A DNA stretch of 64,000 nucleotides from Methanobacteriota archaeon (GCA_019654055.1 BPDA01000002.1:5911-69910); one strand, 5' to 3'. Counted from the first letter of the stretch, positions 29,450 through 40,725 are shown. Numbers and translations: made by a program. The notes: generated by a model from the letters alone, not told the origin.

Positions 29450-30706
29450 TCACGATTCCGAGAAGCCCGAGATGGCCGCATGGACCTCTTCATCGGTCAT
29501 CAGTCTTCGTTGTCCCTTGGCCACCTCGAACATGTGCGAGACCAGTTCTTCGCTCACTTCGTAGCCGTTCTGTTGCAGCCACCAGATGATGTTGGAGCGC
29601 CCACTCATGTGACCTATTCTGATTACCTGCTGCAGCCCGTAGTCGGCGGCCGGCACCCCTGAATACACGCGGTCAGCGAGCCAGTGGTCACCCTTCTTCA
29701 TCGCTTTGACCACGGCTGAAGCGTGGACTCCGGTACCGGTTTCAAAGGCGTCCTCGCCGAACACTGGGTAATTGCGCGGAAGTGCGACCTCGACGTACTC
29801 ATGTGCCTTGCGCATGTACTCGTTCAACGCCTTCAAGTCGTTACTGATTACCCCCATGAGGCTGAGGTTGACCAGCGTCTGGTCGAGGGGGGCGTTGCCC
29901 GCCCTCTCACCTACTCCGAGCGCCGTCCCATGGATGACGTCGGCCCCGGCCTCGTAAGCGGCTAGGTTGTTCGCTACGCCCAGTCCGCGGTCCTGATGGC
30001 CGTGCCAGTTGACCTCGATGTCACGACGCTTCACCCCTGCGTCAGGTATCACTTCTTCCTGGATGAACGAGAGCAACTTGCGCACGCCGTTGGGGGTGAC
30101 GTGCCCGCAGGTGTCGCAAACGCAGATTCTGTCGGCGCCGAGCTCCATCGCCCTGGTGTAGACTGCCTTGATCTCGTCGGGCTTGCTGCGCGTGGTGTCC
30201 TCGGTGACGAACATCACCGGGATGTCGTTGTCAATGGCGAACGACACGGCCTTCTCGGCCGTGGAGATGATCCTCTCCATCGTCCAACCCTCTGCGTACT
30301 GGCGGATGGGGCTGGTCCCGAGGAAGGCACTGGCCTGGATCTGCCGCTCGTGCTTGGCCTGCAGATCGACCAGCGGCTCGATATCGCTCACCACCGTGCG
30401 GACAGCGCAACCGGGGCGCAGTGAGTATCCGTTCTCGCCCATGTGCGTGAGCATAGCGTCGATGTGCCCGACGTGGAACGGGCCGGCACCAGGGAGTCCT
30501 AGGTCCGCTTTCTGGATTCCAAGGGACTCCATGAAGTCGATCAGCTCAATTTTTTGCTCGATGGTGGGATTCCGAGCACTGGGACTCTGCAGACCGTCAC
30601 GCAGGGTCTCGTCGTCGAACCACAGTTCGTGCGGGTGCTTGGAGGCATCGCGCTCGATTTCGTAATCTATCGCGTTCCAATCGTAAATCAGGTCCTGCTC
30701 ATCCAT
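29450..30706 (-). CDS. HMGL-like DRE-TIM aldolase (2-isopropylmalate / homocitrate / citramalate synthase family)
   Basis: Motifs DETLRDGLQS, CDTCGHVTP and NWHGHQDRGLGVANNLAA are present. Confidence 0.7.
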   Translation of the reverse strand: MDEQDLIYDWNAIDYEIERDASKHPHELWFDDETLRDGLQSPSARNPTIEQKIELIDFMESLGIQKADLGLPGAGPFHVGHIDAMLTHMGENGYSLRPGCAVRTVVSDIEPLVDLQAKHERQIQASAFLGTSPIRQYAEGWTMERIISTAEKAVSFAIDNDIPVMFVTEDTTRSKPDEIKAVYTRAMELGADRICVCDTCGHVTPNGVRKLLSFIQEEVIPDAGVKRRDIEVNWHGHQDRGLGVANNLAAYEAGADVIHGTALGVGERAGNAPLDQTLVNLSLMGVISNDLKALNEYMRKAHEYVEVALPRNYPVFGEDAFETGTGVHASAVVKAMKKGDHWLADRVYSGVPAADYGLQQVIRIGHMSGRSNIIWWLQQNGYEVSEELVSHMFEVAKGQRRLMTDEEVHAAISGFSES

Positions 30707-30768
30707 TGCCCCACCACGCTTTACGACGCAGCGCGATGGTGCAGTCGGTGTTTGAAGCCATCGGGCTG

Positions 30769-31806
30769 TCAGGTCCTAGCCCGACTCTCACTGCGAACCA
30801 CCGCCACCACACTCAAGGCGGCCCCGAACCCAGCTCCCAGTATGCCGAAACTGGCGGTGACTAGGACGATGAACATCAGGGCGAGGTAGAGCATCGAGAC
30901 GAAGAACGAGCGAGCAGCTGTCGGCAGCCTCCCAGTAGGGTCGCGCTGCTCGTCCAGGTCCACCCTCCAGACGGTACTGGCGTACCAGATGCTCAGTCCC
31001 ACACAGGTCCAGCCGAGGACGTGGTAGATGCTGTCGCCCTCCTCTATGCCGCCGTAGCTCATGGGGGCTGTAACGGAGAGGGCGACCAGGAGCGCTGCGT
31101 AGGCCTTCATCTCTCGAAGTGTCCTCTCCGGCCCCTTCACGTTGGGCATCATCGGGATCCCCACCTCGCCGTACTCCTCGGAGCGGTACAGGGCCAGGGC
31201 CCAGAAGTGAGGAGGCGTCCACAGGAAGATCAGCAGGAACATGAACCATGGCATCAGGCTGCCTAGGTCGAGCAGCGACTCGAGTACCACTGCGACGGAG
31301 TCTGTAGCTATCGTGAGCCCATCCTCGGCTGCCGCCCAGCCGATCACGGGCGGTGTCGAGCCTGCGATGCCGCCGATGACGATGTTCTGCGGCGTCGAGC
31401 GCTTCAGCCAGATGCTGTAGACGAAGACGTAGAACAGGATACTGAACGCCGACCAGACCGCAGCGACGGGGTTGGCCAGCTCCCAGAACCAGTACACCCC
31501 GAGGACAGATAATGCCACTCCGAATGCCAAGGCGGCTTCCGCCGTCACTTCGCCGGAAGGGACGGGGTCGGTTCTTGGTGCGCGACATCAGGGGATCGAT
31601 GTCCCTGTCGTACCACATGTTGATCGCATTGGCCCCACCAGCGCTCAGGTAACCGCCTACGAAGACCACGAGCATGGTACGCATCGAGCCGAGTCCACCC
31701 CGCCTCCTAGCTGGTCGTGCGCCAGCACGGAGCACAGCGCCGTGATCTGCAGGAGCACCACCACTCGCGGCTTGGTCAGGGAGAAGTACGGCCCTATGGA
31801 ACTCAT
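30769..31806 (-). CDS. ctaB: Protoheme IX farnesyltransferase (heme O synthase), interrupted by two frameshifts
   Basis: Three frames join into one protein: [24 protein letters not shown] (ATG 31806), then [25 protein letters not shown], then [14 protein letters not shown]...[16 protein letters not shown]...PHFWALA. The shifts lie near 31698-31701 and 31564-31567. Confidence 0.75.
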
Positions 31807-31807
31807 A

Positions 31808-32838
31808 CTAGGCCTCCCTGTGTTGAGCCGTCGCAACCCCGACCCAAGTTCCGGCTAGGGTGATGAACGAGAGCGATGCCAGAAGCAGGTGAGTGAGAGA
31901 GAGGTGCTCGGAGAAACCGTCGCTGAGGTCCCACGAGAGAATGTATAGGGCCCTATGCCGACGTTCACCATGTAGAGCGCGGTAGATCCCCAGACCCACT
32001 TGCACAGCACGCTGTCAGAGCCAAACTCCTTCCAGATTGCCCACGAGGCCACCAGCAGGGCCACTTCGACTGCCACCACCATCCACCTGTGGATGACCTG
32101 AGACTGCAGCACCCAGTCGTGGATTGACGGAAGGAGCTCGCCGTGACATAAAGGCCACGAGTCATACAGCCCATTCACCCCGCAACCGGCATTGGCCCCT
32201 CCAGTAGTCGAGACGAAGGCGCCTGAGAAGAGCGTGAACAGTGCCCCCGCGGAGAGCCAGAGCAGCCTCCTGCGCCAGACCTCGCTCACCCGCTCGAAGT
32301 CTGCCCAGCCGGGTAACTCGCCTTGATCCCTTGACGCCGCTAACCAGAGCCAGATCAGGCTGAGTATGAAAGCCAGAGCCGAGCCTAGATGCAGAGCGAC
32401 GCTCCAGTGCTCGTTGTCCATCCTAACTGTCAGCCAACCAACCGCTCCCTGCCAGACAATCAGGGCCACAGCCACGCTGGAGGCGAGACGGACCTCGGAA
32501 CCGAGCCCCTCGTCCCTCCTGACCAGCAGCCAATTGAGCAGCACGAGTGGGCCGAGGACCGCCCCTGCGAGCAGCCTGTGCGCCCATTCCGTGAATATCT
32601 GGAAGGTCGTGTAGCGGTGCCCCTCGCCGCGTGAGTCAATCTCATCCGGATTCGCCTCGTACCACGTCCCCTGCTCGGCCTCCGAGACATCGAAGCCCCA
32701 TGTCCCGAAGCAGGTCGGCCAGTCGGGGCAGGATTCGCCAGCGTCGTAGATTCGAACGACGCCGCCGAGGGCGATGACGAGAAAGGTCACCACCACGAGG
32801 GCGCCAGTCAACTGCCTTGCATGAATCCCGTCGAGCAT
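31808..32838 (-). CDS. ctaA: Heme A synthase (COX15/CtaA), interrupted by one frameshift
   Basis: Motifs GESCPDWPTCFG, HR and multiple TM helices are present. The last TM helix (SEHLSLTHLLLASLSFITLAG) sits in the 31808-32005 ORF after a shift near 31948-31953. Its stop lies 1 nt before the ctaB ATG. Confidence 0.75.
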
Positions 32839-32902
32839 CTGGAATCTCCCCTAGGAGAGCCTCGGCGTTCAGCCAAATAGACTTGCCCGAACCGATGCGG
32901 AC

Positions 32903-33157
32903 TCACTCTATGTGCGGGTCCACGTCAATCGGAATTCGATTCTGCTCGTACTCCAGCATGGCTATCTTGTTGGGGTCTAGGACGACCCTCCACTGCGCCT
33001 CCTCAACACCGTACAACTGCACCAGCTCCTCGCTGAAGTGCTGGCGCAACTCGTCCTCGGTCACGAACAGGGGCGCTCCCATGCTAATCTGAAGCGCTCT
33101 AGCACCGATGATTCTCGCCTTTTCGAAGCGTGTGTGGGGTCTTGCGGGCTCTACCAT
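32903..33157 (-). CDS. rpoK: DNA-directed RNA polymerase subunit K (Rpo6)
   Basis: The conserved core is [20 protein letters not shown]. Confidence 0.85.
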   Translation of the reverse strand: MVEPARPHTRFEKARIIGARALQISMGAPLFVTEDELRQHFSEELVQLYGVEEAQWRVVLDPNKIAMLEYEQNRIPIDVDPHIE

Positions 33158-33203
33158 CGGCCGGGCGACCGGCGACTCCCAAATAAGGCCTATGACGGTG
33201 AAT

Positions 33204-33220
33204 CGCCCCCACAGGGGGCG
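33204..33220 (-). terminator. Hairpin immediately after the thiolase stop codon
   Basis: CGCCCCC-ACA-GGGGGCG abuts the TGA at 33221-33223. A T-rich tract (ccttattt) follows on the coding strand. Confidence 0.4.
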
Positions 33221-34382
33221 TCAATCGCGCTCCACCATCATGGCGACAGCATTGCCCCCGCCGAGGCATATGGTGACTATGCCGCGGTGACCCCAGTGCG
33301 TTCGAGGGCGTTCACCAGGGTCATCAGGCACCGGGTGCCGGTGGCCCCCAACGGATGACCAATCGCCACGGCACCCCCGTGGGGTTGAAGCGACTCTCGG
33401 ATGCGCTCAGTGACATCTGAATGGCGCACGAGGCGGCCGCGAACGCCTCGTTGTGCTCAAGCACGTCGATGTCCTCCATGCTCATTCCGGTCTGCTCGAG
33501 GAGTTTGTGAACGGTCGGGATGGGGGCGGACATCACTCTGTGGGACTCGACGCCAGAGGTCGCGTAGCCGACTATGCGGGCCAGAACGGGAAGGCCGTGT
33601 TCCTCGGCGGCTTCCTCGGATGCGATTAGCACCGCAGAGGCCCCATCCGAAACTTGGCTGGAGTTGCCCGCCGTGACCTGCCCATCTTCCGTGAAGACGG
33701 CTGCTAGGCCACCTAGTGATTCCATGGTCGAGCCGGAGCGGATCCCCTCGTCACGCTCGAGGCCGGCAACGGGAAACACCTCCTTGTCGAGCCAGCCCTC
33801 GTCCCAAGCCTTGTTGGGCCCTAGGGCGTGCGAGCGGACGGCGAATGCGTCAGACTGCTCTCTTGTGATACCGTGCTCGTCAGCGATTGTCTCACCGGTG
33901 TTCCCCATCGACTCACCGGTGTAAGCATCCTTCAGACCGTCGTGGACCAGAACCGACTCCAAAGAGGCGTATGACACGTCCTCACCCCGCCGGGCGCCTC
34001 TGATGAAATGGGGCGCGTTGCTCATCGACTCCATACCACCGGCCACCACGAGGCTGGAGATGCCGGCGGTTATCTCGGTGGCTGCAATCATGGCAGCCTT
34101 GAGACTAGAGCCGCATACCTTGTTGATGGCGGTGCAGGGGGTGCTTACTGGGAGGCCCGCGTTCATCGCGACCTGCCTGGCGGGCGCCTGTCCCGCGCCG
34201 GTCTGCAGGACATGACCCATGTAGACCTGGTCAATCACACCGCTGACTGGGTCAATGTTGGCACGTCGCAGTAGCTCCCTCACCGCCAGCGTGCCCAGCT
34301 CGGTGGCAGTGAAACCCGACAGGGCACCCCGGTGCTTGCCCACGGGGGTCCGGGCATAGGCGCAGATGACTGCTTGCGGCAT
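33221..34382 (-). CDS. Acetyl-CoA acetyltransferase (thiolase), C-terminus interrupted by two frameshifts
   Basis: Motifs [12 protein letters not shown] and [11 protein letters not shown] (active Cys) are present. The C-terminal motifs [17 protein letters not shown] and [17 protein letters not shown] are recovered only after -1 shifts near 33381-33384 and 33285-33289. Confidence 0.8.
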
Positions 34383-34440
34383 GACGCTCCCGAGAGGCGA
34401 ACGAGCCTTCAATGGTCCGATTGCCAAGTCGCTGTGACGA

Positions 34441-35521
34441 TTACGATTCGGCGGTGTAGCCATAGAATTCTGCGTTTCGCAGAGCCGGCCGCTCCTGGGG
34501 TTTGACCAGAATCGTCCTGACTCCCCACAGGTCCTTGAAAATGCGATACTGCGAGGTCATGTCGAGGTAGTCGACCCCACTGGTGCCTCCAGTACCAATC
34601 CTCCTGCCCATGATTCGCTCGACCATCCGAGCGTGGGCATGCCTCCACTTCACCATCGACTCCTCGAGCTCGACTATTGCATCAATCAGTTTTCGCGGCC
34701 AGGTCAAGGGGCGGCAGCTCGCGGTAGGACTCGATAAAAAGCAGGCCAGCGCGTGCCCTACTGACCTCCCCTCCAGGCATCAGGAAGTCAACCGCGCCCT
34801 GGTGGGCCGCTGCCATCCTAGTAGTCATCTTGGCGTGGTCACCAGCGCCCCATCCCGAGCCCCTCTCGGCCGCTGCCTCGCCAAGGGCCCTGTGAGAATC
34901 TAGGTGGGCCTCGACGTACGCAAGCACGGTCGCATCGTCTCCGTCGCTGCCGTGTGCCGACCCCATTATGGGGGTGCGTTCGACCCAACTCATCACCGAC
35001 TCGCACAGCGACGGCTTCGACATCGCGTCTTCGAGTCTCGCCAACGTGGCCGCGCCTCGCTCGTCCCGCTCGGCCATGGCCCTGAAGTTGCTAAGTGGGT
35101 CCATGCCGCCGACCCTCTCCTCGTTCTCAAGACCCAATAGAATCTCAAACTCGCGCATCTGGAAGGACTCGAACCCCGAGGCTGACCCCAGTCCGTCCCT
35201 GAATGCGAGGAAGCCCTGTGGCGTGAGCGTCTCCAGCACGGTCCACTGATTGGCCATCAGTCGGAAGATTTCGGTTGTCCTGCCTAGGTGATCGACTGCA
35301 CGGGGAATGTCGTCCTCGGGGACGTGGTCACCACCTAGGATTTCGCGGACCTCGGAGAGTTCACGAATCACCTGTTTGAACCAGAGCTCAAAGGTCTGGT
35401 GGACGATGATGAAGTGCATCTCGTCGGAGTTGATGCCGCGGTCCTCTCCCTGCAGTTCCAGCAACTCGTGCAACTGCAGGTAATCGGCATATGTCCTGTT
35501 GCCCGACTCTCCGCCTCCCAT
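34441..35521 (-). CDS. kynA: Tryptophan 2,3-dioxygenase, interrupted by one frameshift
   Basis: Motifs YADYLQLHELLELQ and HFIIVHQTFELWFKQ are present. The C-terminal WRHAHARMVERIMGRRIGTGGTSGVDYL lies in ORF 34441-34707 after a +1 shift at the G4 run 34708-34711. Confidence 0.75.
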
Positions 35522-35600
35522 GCTCCCTCCTGACGGCGGTCGTTTGAAGCATTGTCGCCGAGCCCGAACTCTCTAAATTCCCAGGACACGTCCAAATTCC

Positions 35601-36200
35601 ATGTCTGGGAGGTGCGGTGGGCCAATGCCTTCCGATGACTCGACCCTCCCACAGCCCGTTCTGCTCGTGGAGGAGGGCTTGGAGCTGCGTCAGATTGAGT
35701 TGGCCGACGCTGAGGAGATGTTCATGGTGGTCGAATCCAACAGGGGGCATCTCAGGGAGTGGCTACCGTGGCTGGATGGAACGAACAGCGTCGAGGACGA
35801 AGTCTCCTTCATCGGGACCACCCTTGAGGAGTATGGCAGAGGGGACGGGGCCCTCTATGCAATCAGGCTGGACGGCGATCTGGTTGGGGCGATGAGCCTG
35901 AATTGGATCGATTGGGGGAACCGAGGCTGTGGTGTGGGATACTGGTTGTCGACCGAGCACACAGGCCGTGGAATCGCCACCCGTTGCTGTGTGCGCCTGA
36001 TGGAGCACTGTTTCGACGACCTAGGGCTACACCGGTTCGTGCTCGAAGCGGCGACCGAGAACTTCCCCAGCCGTGCCATCGCCGAGAGACTGGGAATGCG
36101 TCTGGAAGGCATCACGAAGGACAGAGAGTGGCTTTACGACCACTATGTCGACTCAGCCTTGTACGCCATAACCGAGCCCGAGTGGCGATCTCGCGATTAA
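35601..36200 (+). CDS. GNAT N-acetyltransferase (RimJ/RimL-like)
   Basis: LELRQIELADAEEMF...REWLPW is present, with the acetyl-CoA block GYWLSTEHTGRGIATR and NFPSRAIAERLGMRLEG. An alternative ATG lies at 35625. Confidence 0.7.
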   Translation: MSGRCGGPMPSDDSTLPQPVLLVEEGLELRQIELADAEEMFMVVESNRGHLREWLPWLDGTNSVEDEVSFIGTTLEEYGRGDGALYAIRLDGDLVGAMSLNWIDWGNRGCGVGYWLSTEHTGRGIATRCCVRLMEHCFDDLGLHRFVLEAATENFPSRAIAERLGMRLEGITKDREWLYDHYVDSALYAITEPEWRSRD

Positions 36201-36207
36201 GGCTGAA

Positions 36208-38347
36208 TCAGACCGTGGTCCTCCACCGAGCAGTTACCCGGGGTAAGCAGGAGAGCAAGTCATCCTGCACCAGACCAGTCGCCTTTGAGATGCGATTCGC
36301 CACGGCCTCCTTCTTCTCCCTGCCCGGAGTGACCTTGACCCATCGCTGGCAGTACTCGGAGATTGTGGAGGGAGTTCCTGAGACTGGCATAGGGACGCCA
36401 TTGACCACTGCCATACCGACAGCCAACTCGAGTGGCAGGTCGCGGTGCCAGTTGCGCTGTCCCCCGAACCACGAAGGAGCCACGGCCCAGCGACTCACCG
36501 GACTCGGTGGTTTTCGAGACCTGGCTCGGCCTGGCGTGGAAGGCGACAGCCGCAGCACCTCCGCTTCCCCAAGCCCTGGACCAACAGACCGCGACTTGGG
36601 CAGCCTCGGAGTGCAGCGATTCTGAAAGCTCGCGAGCGTCCTCCGTCCCGTCGGCCAGATTCTGGACTATCTGCAGCGAAGCCACACCCTCGGGTATGGC
36701 CTCGGACGGGTTCTGGTTAGGAGCCAACCCGTCCTTCAGCTTGAGCGAGCACGATGGCGCTCCGTGAAGGTCAGCGTGGAAGTACAGGTCGTGGGAGGAC
36801 AGGTGCTTGCGAACGACCACGTCGTTCCCCTTCGCGTCTCTGCCGCCGATTAGCAGGTGGCCGCCCGAGAGCATCGCCCAGCGATGCTTCTCGAACCAGA
36901 AGCGCTTGCTGCGCTGCCTCGCTCTGAGCCTGCCAGCCGCAGCGTCCTTGGCAGCGCGCTTCTCGGCCTTCTCTCGAGCCTCCTCGGTGCCGGCCAGAGC
37001 CGCTTGAGCGCCCTTGGCCTTGCTCTTCTGGGACCGACCCTCCTCGAAGTATCGCTGGGCGTTCTGGTGCACTGTTTTGGAGACCTCAAGAGTGATGCTA
37101 GCACCCGGTTCGCCATCCTCATCGGGGAGGTAGGCCACTATGGTCTGCCTCGCTGGGTCGGCGTTGTCTATCCAGGGTACGTCGTGGATTCTGTCCATCA
37201 CGCCCTCCCAGCCATCAGAGGCGACCGCCTCGTTGAACTGGGCAAGCAGCGAATCCACGTGCTCCCAGTTGTCCTGAATCGCCTTCCCCAGCTCCTGGGT
37301 GATCGCTGCGCGCTCGTGGAATCTGTCTATGGCTGACCTCTGCTGCGCAGCCCTACGGTCCAGCTTCGCTTGCTTCACCCCCTCGTCTTCGCCCGAGTCG
37401 ACCAGTAGTTCCTCTTCCCGGCGGATGAAGGCAGCAGCATCGTGCGAGCCGAACACCGCATCGTAGGCCATTGAAAGGGATGCAACCTCGACCATCATAC
37501 CGGAGTCGGTGTAAGCGAGGTCGAATGGAGCAATCTCGGTGATTCCGGACGAGGCAGCATCCCGGGCTGCCTCGTTGTCTGCTGCCTGCCAGGCCTGCAT
37601 GGAATCCGAGTCGACCATCCACATCATCGCCCCATCCCCTTCCGACAACTCTGCCAGCATCGATTGGATGGCCCCTTCCAGCGAATCGCGCTGATCTGAG
37701 TCTAGCGAGTTGGAATCGACTTTTTCCTCGAGCCCGGCGATAGAGCACGCGGTGCTGCCGTAGATCCGACCGAAGTTGGCTCTAGCGGCTAGGGTGCGAA
37801 TCAGGTCGTGCTCGCTGCCATCCAGCAAGGCGTCGAGGGCCGACCTGTCCATCTCCCTGGGGTCGATGGTCTCAGGAGGCGGTGTGTAGGCAACCCCCTT
37901 CTTCAGAGAGCGGCTGGCGTACTTGGCGTGGGTGAGCGGCTGGATGATGACTCCGCTGTCATCGAGCAACAGCACGTTTCCGTCTCTGAACAGCTCTATG
38001 ACGAGCCTGAGACGCCCGCCGCCGTGCTCGAAGGTGAGCTGGATCACCCTGTCGAAGCCGAATTGCTCGACTGCGACGAGGCGCGAGTTGTTGAGGTGCT
38101 TGCGCAGAACCATTGCGAACTGGGAAGGCTTCGAGGGCATCGGCCGGTCGCGCTGCGAGGTGTAGACCCTGCGTCCCCTGACGATGACTAGGTCCGTCGA
38201 AGGCACCCCCTTTCGGTTCAGCCTCAGAACCACCTGCTCGTAGTGTGGCTGGTACGCCTTCCGCGCGCGTGCCCCTACCAACTCGGAAAGCTCACGCACG
38301 ATGCGGGCGACATCGAACGAAGAGGACTGTTCGCGCATACTGCTCAA
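36208..38347 (-). CDS. NFACT family protein (Rqc2/FbpA homolog, ribosome quality control), one frameshift
   Basis: The N-terminal NFACT-N region is FDVARIVRELSELVGARARKAYQP...FAMVLRKHLNNSRL. A DUF814-like C-terminal region follows. The last roughly 85 aa (LPLELAVGMAVVNG...VTPGREKKEAVANRISK) are in ORF 36208-36558 after the C5 run at 36471-36475. Confidence 0.75.
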
Positions 38348-38397
38348 CCCGCCCGGCTCAACTACCCTTCATCAGGCAATCGCTTGCCCAAATCGGG

Positions 38398-39260
38398 CTA
38401 ATTCCCTATCGAAGACTGGAATTCCTCTATCTCTGCTAGGACGTCGGCCTCGTGCGCGTACTGGTTGCTCGGGACCTCAATCAGTACGGCGTTAGGCAAC
38501 CTATCTACGATGTCGAGGACCTTGTCCATGCCATGCAGGGTGTCGATGATGCAGTCATCACTGCGCAGGGCACTGAGGCATTGGAGAGGTCCTGTGGCAG
38601 GCTGTACCGGATGTTCGCCCTAGAACTCAGCAGCAGTCTTTCGAGGTCCTGAGACAGTAGGGCCCTCCGATAGCGTATCCGCTGCCCCTCCTCCTTGGTC
38701 CTGCGCTCTACGATCCAGACCGCGAATCGCACCAGAGCCGGGTGGATGAACTTCGGCAACGGCATTTTGAGCAGAATTCTGGCCCACAGCGGGAATTCAA
38801 AGTCCGGGTTCGGGGCGAGAAGAATCGAGGAACGCCCCGCTAGGACATCGTTCTGGTAGGCATCTATGAGGAGGGTAGCACCCAGAGATGACGAGAACCA
38901 GTCGACCTCCGCCGAATCGATACCAAGTTTGCCTAGAACTGCGGCGACATCGTGACCGTGATGTCGCATCTCAAAGTCATCTCGCCTCACCTTCCTAGTA
39001 ATCCGGGCACTCTTCTTCTCGCGCGTCTCGATGTAGACTATCGGACGGCGAGAAACCCACTCGGTCAGAAGTGGTCGCCAACCCTCGAAGACAGAGCCCC
39101 AGCCAGGAACGACCACAGTAGGATCCAAAGAGGCTGCAGATGAATCGGCAGGAACCCACCGTAGGACCCTTACCGAAATATTCGGAGCGACTTCAACAAA
39201 AAGCTCCTCAGCATTGGCCCCTGGGAGATGAGGCGCACCGCTCCACATTTCTTCCATCAA
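38398..39260 (-). CDS. Alpha/beta hydrolase, one frameshift near the C-terminus
   Basis: A nucleophile elbow FSSSLGA is present. The C-terminal DDCIIDTLHGMDKVLDIVDRLPNAVLIEVPSNQYAHEADVLAEIEEF (Asp/His region) is recovered in the -1 frame after about 38565-38580. Confidence 0.65.
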
Positions 39261-39304
39261 ATTGGCCTAGGGAGAGGGGTGGATTTCATTCTTGGGTCGA
39301 GCAA

Positions 39305-40471
39305 TCATCTGCCACGACCGCCGCCACCGGACCTGCCACCGCCACCGGACCTGCCACCGCCACCGGACCTGCGTCCACCAGAGCTCCTAGTGACTCTACT
39401 GCTTCTGCGGCGATGGCCGCGGTGGTGGTAGTAATGGCGTCTGCGGTGGAACCATGGTCTCCTGTGCCAAGGCCGATCGTAGTAACCCGGGTCGTCGTAG
39501 TACCTACCACCGCCAGACGAGAAATTCACGCTATTCCCTCCTACATCGAGATAGGCCAGTACAAGGACCACAATCAAGAGTATGAGTTGTATAATCCCGC
39601 AGAAAAGCAAGCCGACAGCCGCTGAACCCGGTTCTTCGGCATTGACTTCGCTAGGGTCCTCAATATTGTAGTACAGTGTAACGAAACTCCCTATTGGCAT
39701 AGTGCCATTCTCTACGTAATCCAAGCAGTCGTCTTCCGCACCATCGTAGTCGTCGTAAGCTCTAATTGGAAAATGATCAACCTCGGAGGAGTAGGTAGTA
39801 TTGTCAACGGAGTATGAGACATCTAAGTCGGCCCAGCAATCTAACTCGTACCAGTAATCACAGTATTCATCCCCCCAGTCATCCGTATAGCAGTCTTGAT
39901 GCTCCACCCAGTCGTATCCCGGATATTTCTCAAGGACTTCAGCTTCTGTTTCCGCCCATTCATCCCCCTCTCCCGCAGCAGCTACTCCCATGAATGCGGT
40001 TGCAATGAGGCTCAGAGCGAGTACAATTGCTGCTACAGTGTAGCCAGGGTCCTCCAGAAGCCAGTGATCAGACTTGGTGAGCCATGTGCTCGAACCGTAT
40101 ACCTTGGTGCCGTCCGACTCCCCATCCGGGTTCAGAATTAGCATTCCATTCTGATGTCTCCAGTCAATGTGCTCGAGAAAACTCATACCGAGAATACAGT
40201 ATTCAGAATCCCCTGTCCTTAGGGGGTTGATTAGCGCGTCAACTTTTCTTATATTCATCTGCCCAATTTCTATGTTAGGCAAAGTAGTCCTGTACCCCAT
40301 CCCTGGGCCAGCTGCTGTCGTGGTCTCGATTGTTTCTCCTCTCTCCAGGTTTAATGTCGCCACCATATCGATGACACCAAGCTTTTCCGGGACCGAGCAG
40401 TAACTCGCTCCGGTGTCCACCAGGAAATCTATGTTCGCATATCTCCAATTCTCCCCTTGACGTAGAAGCAC
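39305..40471 (-). CDS. Retropepsin-like aspartic protease / TM / DUF3592-like / Arg-Gly-rich tail protein, fragment 2
   Basis: FLVDTGASYCSVP (D-T-G-A) is present. TM1 YTVAAIVLALSLIATAFMGV follows. A Cys/Asp/Tyr/Trp-rich domain ends in GSFVTLYYNIEDPSEV. TM2 follows that, and the tail is ...HRRRHYYHHRGHRRR...RSGGGGRSGGGGRSGGGGRGR. The body is about 38-46% GC. Confidence 0.55.
   Translation of the reverse strand: MLLRQGENWRYANIDFLVDTGASYCSVPEKLGVIDMVATLNLERGETIETTTAAGPGMGYRTTLPNIEIGQMNIRKVDALINPLRTGDSEYCILGMSFLEHIDWRHQNGMLILNPDGESDGTKVYGSSTWLTKSDHWLLEDPGYTVAAIVLALSLIATAFMGVAAAGEGDEWAETEAEVLEKYPGYDWVEHQDCYTDDWGDEYCDYWYELDCWADLDVSYSVDNTTYSSEVDHFPIRAYDDYDGAEDDCLDYVENGTMPIGSFVTLYYNIEDPSEVNAEEPGSAAVGLLFCGIIQLILLIVVLVLAYLDVGGNSVNFSSGGGRYYDDPGYYDRPWHRRPWFHRRRHYYHHRGHRRRSSRVTRSSGGRRSGGGGRSGGGGRSGGGGRGR
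39321..39374 (-). repeat. 18-bp tandem repeat x3 encoding RSGGGG
   Basis: CCGCCACCGGACCTGCCA is repeated at 39321, 39339 and 39357. The last copy is imperfect. Confidence 0.8.
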
Positions 40472-40725
40472 CCATTGGCATCGGGCTTCAGTACGAGCCT
40501 CTGTCCGATGAATTCCACCGGGGAACCATCACCGGATTCTGACTCTTTGATAGTGCTGGGCGCGGGGTCCGTAAATTCCGCCATCTTTGCTCGGTGCTCG
40601 GCCTCTGCCAACTCCTCCTCGCGTTGGAGGCGCTTGGCCTCAGCCTCATTCAGCAAATCCTCGACATCTTCCTTGGAGGTGTCGGAATCCTTGTCCCTCT
40701 TCCACCACCGTTTGTCTTCAGCCAT
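40429..40725 (-). CDS. Same gene, fragment 1: charged coiled N-terminus and start of the retropepsin-like domain
   Basis: LVLKPDANGCFYVKG joins ENWRYANIDFLVDTGAS of the next ORF if one base is restored in the C4 run at 40453-40456. Confidence 0.45.
   Translation of the reverse strand: MAEDKRWWKRDKDSDTSKEDVEDLLNEAEAKRLQREEELAEAEHRAKMAEFTDPAPSTIKESESGDGSPVEFIGQRLVLKPDANGCFYVKGRIGDMRT

Noticed and set aside
30788-31735. The 315-aa ORF as an independent gene
   Set aside because: Only its first roughly 60 codons ([25 protein letters not shown]) are genuine ctaB sequence. The remainder is an Arg/Gly/Pro-rich out-of-frame read of ctaB, which continues in ORF 30769-31548.
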